Below are positions 53,219 to 64,000 of a stretch of 64,000 bases of DNA, one piece after another; positions within the stretch are counted from its first letter, which is position 1, and every line of letters starts with the position of its first letter. The notes beneath the pieces are model-generated. The model was not told where the DNA came from. It searched no databases and was given only the letters and a program-made list of their open reading frames with translations. The position numbers were made by a program, and so were the translations under genes. Source of the stretch: Camelus dromedarius (lineage: Eukaryota). The stretch covers positions 51,524,001-51,588,000 of the forward strand of contig NC_087447.1 in the NCBI RefSeq assembly GCF_036321535.1, written 5' to 3'.

Positions 53219-54746
53219 GGTGAAGTTCTAAAATTAGAAGAAACCTGATCTGCAACAGGAAATTTAATAACTGTGTGGCCTTAAGGGGATATATTTCCTA
53301 CCCACAAAATAGGATTAAATATCATTACCTCACAGAGTTGCTATTACAGATGAAATGAGATACTGAATGAAAATTACTTAGCAAGGTATCTGTCATATAA
53401 TAAGAACTCGATTAGCTATTAGTTAGCTATTATTAATTGGCTATTAGTTAACTATTATGACTACATGAAAGCCCTATATAAGCTATAAAGAACTACACAT
53501 CTGCTGGTAATTCTGCATTTTTATTTTTTATTTGTTAAGTTTGGTTTAGAAGGTGTGCTAAATTGAAAAGAAATAAAAATCTTAATTTAATGTTCTCATT
53601 GAGTTTATAAATTCAGCTGAAGCAGAGATGACTAACACTATAAGTGAAATCAAATGAAAGATACTCTGCTACTTGTCAAAAGTAGAAGAGATCAGAGAAA
53701 GTTTCACAAAGGAGATGGGATTCCACCAAGGACTGGAGAATAGGTAGACCAGCAAAAGAGAAAACAAGCCCCATGAAAAAATTCACGGATATCTGAGGTA
53801 TGAAAGGCATCATATTGAAAACACTTGACACTGTTAGGAAAGTAGTATACTTTTCCCCAGTCCTGTTTTTCCTTCTATGTAGAAAGAACTTAACTCACTC
53901 ATTTTCTGATTTCTCTCAGGCCTTTTACTCACTGTGCCTCAGAAGACATTATAACCCCACATCCCAAATGACTGAGTGCCCCTTGAAGACAATAAATGTA
54001 CCATGAATTGAGCTTAACTGGACTGAACAAACATGAAGAAATGGCAAAACAGAAAACCAGATATCAGAAATTTTACCTAGAGCAAGATTCTCCTCCTTTT
54101 TTAGTTTTAAATACATCTTCCAAATACCTGATCTGACCCATAGTTTTTCTTTTAGTAACAAATTACAAAAATAAACAAACCTTACATTTGGAGTTATCGC
54201 ATCACATAAGATCATTTAAATATGTGGAACACAACACTACACACTTTATATTAAATGTATGCAAGTAGCTCTTCAAAAGCAATTCATGAACAGTTCTAAG
54301 TTTGACTCTAGTCAGTAAACCTAGAGGTAATCAGAGGAAAATATGATCACAATTTTCTATTTGAAGACCAAATACCCACCCTGCTTCTAATCTCTACAAT
54401 GATGGAAATAGACAAAGGAGTGATTAACATTATATAGGAGAAAAAGGAAATCTAATCGACTCGTTTCTGTACCTGCAACACTTACTGCAGGGCTTGGTAC
54501 ACAGTAAGCACATAGCAGGCACATAATATTTGCTAAGTGGATGGACGGACAAACGAATAATATAAATGTGATATTCAACTTAGGAACCGAACTTTTGAGA
54601 GTCCAGTTAAGTTGAATCAAGTTTCTAAATTGAAGGCAAAATTGAGGGCCATACCCTCAATCTGTGATGATCCACTGAATAATGTCAATATTGTACATTT
54701 ACATTATCAGACTCAGCAACTGAGCAAAAAAAAAAAAAATCCTTAC

Positions 54747-54889
54747 TTCCATATGGAGTCCCTATCAGTAGGGTACTTGGTTAAATTTTTCAGCAGCTCC
54801 ACCAGTGCAAGATGAATCCCTTCTTTGGTTGAAACATTAGTACAGCATAAAAGTTCATGAAGAGCCTCTCTAATATCTCTGGATGAATC
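54747..54889 (-). CDS. INTS4: INTS4 exon (about 12)
   Basis: ttttttaag|GAT...TGG AA|gtaag, 143 nt. DSSRDIREALHELLCCTNVSTKEGIHLALVELLKNLTKYPTDRDSIW. Confidence 0.96.
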
Positions 54890-56664
54890 CTTAAAAAAAA
54901 AAAAGTAATAATAATAATAGCAGTCATTGTGGATTAGCTATAATGGTGGAATGTACAAGTTAAAATGAGAGTATAGGGTAATAAGAGTCTCAATTTTCAG
55001 AAAGAGGAGGGGCTGGTAGTTGAGAAGGCTTCACACAGGAGGTAAAATTTGAAATGATATTTAAGGAATTCATTCATTTGTTCATTCATTCATTTATACA
55101 CTTAACATCTACCACTTATTAAACAGTCAGACATTTATCAGCATCTATTATGTACCAAGTGTTAGGGGTACAGTAGTAATTAAAATCAAATCCTTGCTCT
55201 CAGGAGCTTCCTTCTAGTGAAAAGACAAAAATAAATAAGTATGTGAGCCAGATATGATAAGTTCTATGGAGAAACTATAAAGCAGGTTAAGGATAAGAGT
55301 GCTGGAACAGGTGGGCTATTTTACATGGGATTATAAAACAGAACAGCGAACATAAATGCCACAAAATGAAAGCATGCTGAAAAACAGCAGTGTGGCTACA
55401 GGAGAGAGTAGGTACCAGAGATGTCAGAGTGGCCCCTTCTCTCCCAACACCTTCTGCTCAACCTCACTAAAATGATTAGAAAGGCTCACCAACAACTTCT
55501 TAATGCTAAAGTAAATGGAAACGTATCAGTTTTACTCTTATTTGATATCTCCATAGCTTTTTTTTTTTTGACAGTTCTTTAAAACTTATAACATAGACAA
55601 TTTGAAGCACGTATAAAGGTAGAGATAATAAATCCCCCAATTTCAACAATTAACTCATTGCCAATCATTTTCATCTATACCTTTACCCACTCCTCTCAGA
55701 TTATTCTGAAGCCAGAGATATTATAGCATTTTGTTGGTAAATATTTCCATAAATACGTCTTTTAAAAAGATTATTTTCTTAAAGTCCATAAAATCAATAT
55801 CCTGCCTAAAATCTTAATAACTACTTCATGTTAAGTATCTATTCCATACTCAAATTTCCGACTCAAAAAGTTTTTACTTGTTCTAATCAGGCTTCAACAA
55901 CGTCCACATATTACAACTGGTGTCTATCTTAAGTATCTTTCAATATGTAAAATTCCTTTACATCTCACTTATTTTTTTCCCCTTGTAATTTTTCCCCTGA
56001 ATATCCTGCGATGGTAGTTTGATTTAGCAGCTTGATCAGATTCAGGTTCAAATTTTTTATAAGACCACTTCATAGGTGGTACTATGTACTTTCCTCAGGA
56101 ACTGTATGATGTCATTTCTTTTTTGTGATATCGGGAACCACTGAAGGGTACTGCCTAGAACCAGCAATTCATTAAAGTAGCAAAAAAATGATAAACAAAT
56201 TCTATCATTCCTCTTCACTTATTAACTGGAATATTTCTATAAAGAGAAACTTCTCCTTACCAACTAGTTGGTTGTCTTTAAGTTTCATTTGTATAAGAAA
56301 AGGAAAAATGATAAATGCTTAACTCCCTAATTTACCAGTTTTCAAAATACTTAGTTGATTACTAAGCACCTTCCAAAGGTGATTAATGCAGTTTTTTAAT
56401 AATTATAAAATCATGAGTATCAGCTTATTTGCAGCTGTAATCCTTAATGATGTGTTCCACCTTCAGCCAGTGAGAGTCTATTTAAGTTGCCTCCTAGGTC
56501 TTTTAGATATGATGATAGAGGTTTTTGATAGTTAACATTTGCTTTCTGTGTGACAAAGTGGTACAAGTTCATCTTGTTACAATTTCTGCACTAGACCCGG
56601 AATCAGACATTTCTCTTTGTAATTTGGGTTCCTTTTAGTGGGAAATGTGATCATCAAAGCATTT

Positions 56665-58205
56665 TTTAAAATCAGATTTACTGACATATAATTTACATTC
56701 TGTAAAATTCATCCTTTTTAATGCACACTTTCGTGAGTTTAACAAATAACATATAGTTATATAACCACCATCACAATCAAGATATAAAACATTGTATCAC
56801 CCAAACTTCTCTAGTGTCCCCTTGTGGTCTCCTCTTTACTTCAGCCTCTGGCCAACCACTGATGTATTTTCTGCTAGTTTTGTCTTTTCCAAACTGCTAT
56901 CTAAATGAAATTAGAGCATGCTGCTTCTTGTTTCTGGCTACTCTCACTTAGCATAATGCCTCTGAGATTCATTCATATGATGTCATATATATCAGCAGTT
57001 CCTTCCTTTTGATGACTGAGTAGTATTCCACTGTATAGATGTACCACTTTAATTTATCCATTCACCAACTGAAGGGTTTTGTGTTGTTTCCAGTTTGGGA
57101 CTATTACAGATAAAGCTACAGTAAACATTTGCATAGTGGTCTTTGTTTTCAGTTCTCTTCAGTAAATACTCCAGAGTGGGACTATGGGGTTATATGGTAA
57201 GTGTATGTTTAATTTTATAAGAAACTGTCACAGTGGTTTCCCAAGGGATTCTGCCATTTTGCACTCCCATCAGCAATGTATGAAAGTGCTAGCTGCTCCC
57301 CATCCTCACAGCACTTGATATCGTCAAGGTTTCTTTTGTTTGTTCTTTAACCATTCTAATAGGTATGCTGTCATAATATCCCACTGTGGTTTTAATTTGC
57401 ATCCCCCTAATGATTAATGATGTTAAGCACTGTTTTCACATGCTTGTTTATTATTTGCCACTTTTTATCTTTTTTGCCTAAGTGTCTTTTCAAATCTTTC
57501 ACTCATTTTTTTAATTGGGTGGTTTGCTTTCTTATTACTGAATTTTGAGAATTCTTTACATATTTTTTATCAGATGTGTATTTTGCGAATATTTTCTCCC
57601 AGGCTATAGTATGTCTTTTCAAACCCACCCCCCCACCTTTTTTTTTTTTTACTTAGAAAACAGAAATTTATTTTCTGAGTTCTGAAGGCTCAAAGTCCAA
57701 AATCAAGATACAAGCAGAGATGGTTCCTTCTGACGGCTGTGATGGAGAATCTATTCTACGCCTCTCCTAGTTTCTGATAACCTTGCATTCCTTAGCTTGT
57801 AGATGGCATTCTCTCTGTGTCTTCACAATGTCTTTCCTCTAGTTGTATTTCTGTGTTCAGAACACCCTTTTTGGGTATGGTTTACATATCAAAGGCATTA
57901 TATGTGTTTGATTTGGTCCCATTATCTCTTTATTGTGATAAAATATACATAACATAAAATTTACTATTTTAAGTAAATACACATTTTAAGTGTATAGTTC
58001 TATGGCATTAAGTACTTTCACACTGTTGTGTTATTTTTATATTTTTTAAAAGTGTCTTTTTGAAGAATGTTTTAATATCGATGAAGTTCAGTTTATCTAG
58101 TTATTTCTTTTATAGATTAAGTTTTTAGTGTCATATTTAAGAAATCTTTGTCTAAGTCAAGGTCATAAATATTTCTCCTAAAAGTTTTACAGTTTTAAGT
58201 TTTAC
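56665..58205 (-). mobile_element. Old L1 3' region with a nested composite insertion at about 57621-58040
   Basis: Antisense L1 motifs (ttttaatttgcatccccctaatga, gcgaatattttctccc). The L1 sequence resumes after the insert. Confidence 0.85.
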
Positions 58206-58814
58206 TTACATGAAAAAAATCAAACTAAAAATTTTTAAACACACATCCATATTCACATAACAAAATCAAAGAATTACAGGACTCACCTTGGTTGAAGACA
58301 TGCCTCCTTTATTCTCCAGGCATTCTCTTTTATCCTGCAATTCTCTCATTTCTTTACCCTATATACAATTAGCAGGGCCAACTTCTTAATAAAAGCATCT
58401 GACAATGTCATTCCCTGTTTAGGAATCTCATTTGGTTTCCCACCACCTCTAGGATAAAGCTCAGGCTCCTCAGCATGACACACAGGCCTTTTACATTTGG
58501 TTCCCTACTCACTTCTCCTGTTTCACCTCCCACCCCTTCTCCCTCAGAGCCACATGAACTTCTCAATGTTCCCTGTCCATGCGGTGCCATTTCACACTTC
58601 CCCAGCTTTTAACTGTGGTCATATGCTATCGCTCTGGTGAAAATGGCATTCCTTACCTTACTTTTGATACTATCCTGTAATTACTGGTTTATATTGCCAC
58701 TTTCTCTATAAAACTGAGCAGCTTGGAGGCAAGAACTAGCACTGTCCACTTTGATACCCTCAGGACCTACCTGGCTCAGCAAAAAAATTAGTAAATGTTT
58801 CTTGAATGACTTTT

Positions 58815-59282
58815 TGAGATACTACAGGTTCATTTCCAGACCACCATGATAAAGTGAATATCATAATACAGGAATTCATGAGTTTTTTAGTTTCCCAATG
58901 CATAGAAGAGTCATGTTTACACTATACTGTAGTTTATTAAGTGTGCAATACCATTATGTCTAAACAAACAATATATGTACCTTAATTAACAAATACTTTA
59001 TCACTAAAAATGCTAATCATCACCTGAATCTTCAGCAAGTCATAATCTTCTTGCAATAATAACATCAAAGATCACTGATCACAGATTACCATTACAAATA
59101 TAATAATAATGAAAAAGTTTCAAGTATTGTGAAGATTACCATAATGTAACACCGAGACAGGAAGTGAACAAATGCTACTGGCAAAAAGGCACCAATAAAC
59201 TTGCTCCATGCAGTGTTGCCAAAAACCTTCAGTTTGTAAAAAACACAACATCTTCAACACACAATAAGATGAGGTGTATCTG
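58815..59282. mobile_element. Second Tigger1-derived element
   Basis: Colinear with the rejoined 41804-43779 copy (ttccagaccacc...ataaagtgaatatcataata). Confidence 0.85.
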
Positions 59283-61007
59283 TATAATGAACTACTACTA
59301 TATGAATGCTTTCTATGAATGCTTTATATGGTGCTACATGAATTCTCACTTAATTCTTATAAGAAACATATGAATATGTGAAATTATCCTCACTTTAGAG
59401 ATGAGAAAACCAAGAACTAGAAAGATTAAATAATTTGCCCAAAGTTCCAAGGAGGATAAAACACTGCGAAAATCTTTTAATAGCTTTTAGTTTCTCTTCC
59501 CTTAATATGGCTTTCAAGGCTCTGCATGAGCTGGTCCCACCCACCCCTGCAGCCTAATTTCATTTCATGCACTAGCTCTGTCACTGCCAGGCCCTCTTTT
59601 GGTCCCTCAACTGTGCCATGTTTCCACTCAACACAGTTTTTCTACACTTCGTGCTCCTCTGCCTGAAACATCCTCACATCTCACACTCCCAACTCTTCCT
59701 GCCAACTCAGTGCCTTACTCCTTCTTTATAGCTCAGCTTCAGAAGCCTGTTCTGACTGCTGTACCCCTCAACTCCTAAAGACCAAGTGCCTCTATGATAC
59801 ACCCTTATGGGACCTAACTTCTTTCTGTCATGAAAGCTAACATTACATCTTCACTTGTGTCTTATTTGTCTGTCTCCCTCATACCTAAATTGTAAGGTCC
59901 ATAAAAGCAGAGCCATGGTAAATAAATATAAAAACAAACAAACAAAGGGAAAAGGGGATTAAGGAGAAGGGCTGACAGGTTAATTCAGATCTGTCTGGCT
60001 CTGTATGTTGCAGAGTTAGGTAAGACATAATGCTTCCTATATGAACAAACCTCCACCACTAATAGGAGGTAGTGTTATCAATGTACTGGAGAAACAATTT
60101 TCAAAGTAATAAGAAAACAATTTTGACTTGTGTGTTTCTTAAGAACTTCCCAGTTATATGGCTGATCTGTGTAGACTTGTTTTAGGAAATGTTTACTAAA
60201 CATCCTCTATGCGTAAGTCACCACCTTAAACCCTGAAAGGAATACAATACAGAGTACAACATGGTCACTCTCCTTTAGGAGCTTACAATCTCATCAGGGA
60301 GATAAGACAAATATACTAAATCTGTCACAAATGGTAAAATATGAAAACTACAGTAAGAGACACACGGGCTTGGTACGCAACAATTACATCTTAAATGAAG
60401 CAATGAGGGAAAAAGTCAATTTACCTGAACTGAATTTCAAGAAAACTTCAAGGATGAGATATGTTGAAAGAGGGGCAAATTGTTTTATCCTTCTGTATAG
60501 AATCCTCCAATGCTAGGTATCCCATAATACTTAGAATAAAATCCAAACATCTTACCATAGCCTTAAGGCACTCCACCTGCCCCGACCCACCTCTCAGGCC
60601 TCATCTCATACCACCTTCCTACTTTCTACGTTCCACCTCTACTGGCCTTTTTACTCCCTGTACCGGAAACACGCCAAAGCTCACTGAGCCTTTCTACCAG
60701 CTGTTGCCTCTATCTGAAGGTCTTTCCTCCAACCTTCACATGGCTGGCTCTTTTTTGTCATTTAAGACTCAGCACAAACATTGTCTCCTCAGAAAGGCTT
60801 TTACTAATCATTTAATTTACAGTGAAATTCCCATTCCTCTATCACTGTTTAACTTCTGCATAAGACATCACTCTCTGAAATCATTTTGTTTGTTTACTCT
60901 CTCTGTAGAATATACGTCCCATGAGAACAAGGAACCTGTTTTTGATACCATGACACCTCTAGTACATAGACAGTGCTTGCTGAATTCAGCTAGTAGCTCA
61001 ACATAAC

Positions 61008-61063
61008 AAGAAAAAGAAGGGAAGGGAAAGGGAGGGGAGGGAGGGAAGGAAGGAAAGGAGGGG
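61008..61063 (+). repeat. Polypurine (GA-rich) tract
   Basis: aagaaaaagaagggaagggaaagggaggggagggagggaaggaaggaaaggagggg. Confidence 0.9.
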
Positions 61064-62944
61064 CAAATTAAAGCTGGACGAGTCAGCTAGCTAGATTTCA
61101 AAGCGGTGAGGTACAGTGACACAATAAATATAAGAAGCAGTGAACAACTGCTTAGGTGGAAGAACAGAAAATGAATTTATATAAATCTAAGCTTAGTGGA
61201 GAGAACTCCAAGTCAAGGAGTTTAGACCTAAACAAATTCTGTGAGTTTATACAAAAGTGCTTATGAATCAGCATACCTGTGGCCCTATGAACAATTCAGT
61301 ACATCAATTATAGCTTGGACATAGCTCAGCTACTTAACGTTTACGGAGCATCTACTTGTGCCTGACACTACAAAGCACTGGGAATTAAAGAACAAAAAGC
61401 CAAGACCCTGGCCCCTTGAGAAGTTCACGGTTTTGTGGAATAAAGAATTTAATAAACAACACGTATTGATAAATGCTATACTAATGTACACAGGGTGTTA
61501 CAGAAATACAGAGGAGTGCTATTTAGCCCACTCAGCGGTGCAGTCAGTTAAGGAAGGCCTCCTGGATATATTACCTAATACAGACACTAGGAATAAGTGG
61601 AAGTCAACTACGTGAAAAGGGGCAGTTTTGCAGGCAGAGGGGGAAAAATTACAGTGAAGGCAAAATGGTGAAGAAAAGCAGGATGATTAGGGGAGTGAGT
61701 ACAGCATAAAGTTCTAGGTGAGGAATGATGGAAAAGAAAGCTAAAAAAAGAAAGGAGAGGCTAGGTTATAGAGACCAACCATAGAGAACAATATGTGAAA
61801 TGCAAACTTATCTTCTTAGGAAAAAATATTTGAAAAATTATAAATAAAGATTTATAATTCAAGAAAGATCTTAAAAGATGTGCTAAGCAATTGAGAGAAT
61901 CAAGAATTAAGAACTCTGAAATCAAAGCACCTAATGTAGTTTCTTAAGTGTGTAGTAAAAATCCATAACAAGTATTAATATGTAAACATCAAATTGCTAT
62001 CCCTTTCGCAATATTGAAAAAAACAAAACAAAAGGGGGGGGAGGGACCAAAGGCCAAATTTCATTTATTAATATTTCAAAAACCTTCAGTACTCACAAAT
62101 AAAATCCAGACACTTCAGAAAAATAATTCAAGAACCACACAGAACTTGGCTTTACAGCCTGGAAGGCAAATTTGTTTTCATAACCTGGCAAAGACACTTA
62201 TTACCTGTATGAACTCAAACAAATTACTTTTTTTCTGTGTAAAACTCCAGGGTTGAACAAATTGATCCCTAAGATCCCTTCCTGCTGTAATATCCTATGA
62301 CTCACTAGAAGAATTAAGGAATTAAATTAAATCACAGGCTGAAAAGAATTCTTCACTAGTTAGTCCCTGCCTTATCTATAGCCACTTCCCTTTCCTCTTC
62401 CATCTCTCAACTGTAAGTTGTATTACAATGAATTCCTCCCAATTTCTTGAATATATCATATTCAGTTTTACCTCTGGATCCTTAGACATTGCTCCCTCTG
62501 TTTTGTACCCTTCCACCTGACCGTCAATGCCACTCCTTCCTAAGAAAATGCCTCATGCACCTGAATCTAATATAATGTTGTAAGTCAACTATACTCTCAT
62601 CATTAAAAAAAAAAGATAAGAAAAAAAAAAGGGAAATGTTTCATTCAGTCCTACTTCTCCAAGAGTCCACTATAGCATTCCTTCTTTCTTCTCTATCTCC
62701 CCAACCATACCTCAGATAATTCAGGTTAGATACTCTCTGTACTCCCAGGGCATCCTGTCCTTTCCTGATAGTGGCAATACTAAGCTTTATTCAAATTTCC
62801 TGTTTAACAGTCAGTCTCCTCCATCTTGGGGGAGTTGTATGATGGGAAGGTAGAACTAGGCTTCCTGTACACTATTTTATTATCAGTACCTGGTGGTACT
62901 CAGTATGTGTTGATGAAGAAATGAGTAACAAACTGATCACTCAC

Positions 62945-63150
62945 CTCTAACACAGCAAGGACAGTGTCAAGCTGATCCTCTCGAAGAGTGATATTGTTAG
63001 AGATTTTTCTCATCGTGTGTATGGACTGCAGACGTACTTCCTCAATTTCATCATTAAACATGTCAACCAAGAAGTCAAGGCACTTCTCAGCAAAAGAGGG
63101 TGAAGACTGGGCCAGCATGCAGAGAGCCTCTACAGCAGCAATGCGGACCT
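62945..63150 (-). CDS. INTS4: INTS4 exon (about 11), HEAT-repeat region
   Basis: ctccag|AG GTC...GAG|gtgag, 206 nt. (E)[68 protein letters not shown]. The gene continues beyond the window. Confidence 0.97.
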
Positions 63151-64000
63151 CTGGAGAAAAGGAGACAAGTAAAACTGAACATCAGGTTAAGACTCATGGG
63201 AAAAATTCAGGGATGATTTCTTCTCACTAACGTTTGTCTTTCCCTCTCTCCTCCTCTTACCTACAAACTCTCTGGGAGATCTCCTTCATGCCTGCAGATT
63301 GCACAATCATCTTCACATGGACTTACAAACAAGGGCTTTGGTATCACAGGGATGAAGGTTAAGATCCTGACTCCACAGACATGTGATCAAGTCACATGCC
63401 TATCTCCATTAATAGAATTTCTTGAAAACTATGTTGTCTTATTTATCTCAGTATTCCAGCCATAGTAAAGTACTATTTTAAAATGCAGCTTGTAAATATT
63501 AGTATTATTATTAAGATTAAAATAGGCTTAATATCATTATTCTTATTTTAGAGATAAGATTCAGCAAAGTGAAGAAACTTTCCTCAAAGTGAGTGAGAGC
63601 AGAGATAAGTACTCAGGTCTGCTAATTCTAGGCTAGAATTAAAGGTTAAGGGTGTCTGCTGTGGAATGATAGAGGTCTCACAATGAATTGTGAAAAGTAA
63701 TCCATCCAATAACTTGGAGGGTGATCTTGTATAAGTAACTTAACTTTCTAGTACCTTAATTTTCTCACCTATTAAATGGAGATCATACCCATTTTCTTAC
63801 ATAGTTAGGAGGAATAAATGACATAGTGTAGGTAAAGCACATTGCACACTGCCTGGCATATGTTGAAAGCTCAATAAATACTAGCTATGATATAGGTATG
63901 GGTCTTGTAAGCACCTTGGAAACAGAGGCATGTCCTCTACCTCCTGCATGTGCAGAACATGTAACAGTAAAGACACTGAATCCAGGAAGCCCTTCATTCA

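Noticed and set aside
60461..61006. 181-aa ORF, the longest in the track
   Set aside because: It lies over L2-like repeat sequence, has no ATG at the called start, and resembles no protein I recognise.

Overview
Mammalian genomic DNA, almost certainly camelid (camel/alpaca/llama), judged from five tRNA-Ala-derived Vic-1-type SINEs and camelid-type L1 3' ends. It holds two convergent genes. On + are the last two coding exons of AAMDC (15979-16074, 18054-18194; polyA signal 18209); bases 1-15978 are its upstream intron. On - are the last 13 coding exons of INTS4 (63150 down to the stop at 23611; polyA signal 23372). The INTS4 exons splice into one uninterrupted frame of 1727 nt. Exon numbers 11-23 assume the human 23-exon structure as I recall it. 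The rest is intronic or intergenic and rich in repeats (L1, L2, MIR, MER/Tigger, LTRs). The many MIR and L2 fragments are not listed individually, and repeat subfamily names are by-eye recollections that need Dfam confirmation. Most notable: (1) a U12-type minor intron in INTS4 (49548-52347) that contains a solo LTR; (2) three solo LTRs with 4-bp TSDs, two nested in older ERVL-like LTRs and one sense to INTS4; (3) fossil L1 3' transductions, one ending at a captured MLT1 polyA site; (4) a degenerate hAT/Charlie transposase relic; (5) inverted repeat pairs that could form dsRNA or circRNA; (6) candidate cryptic exons in the AAMDC intron. I found no evidence of a new multi-gene system.
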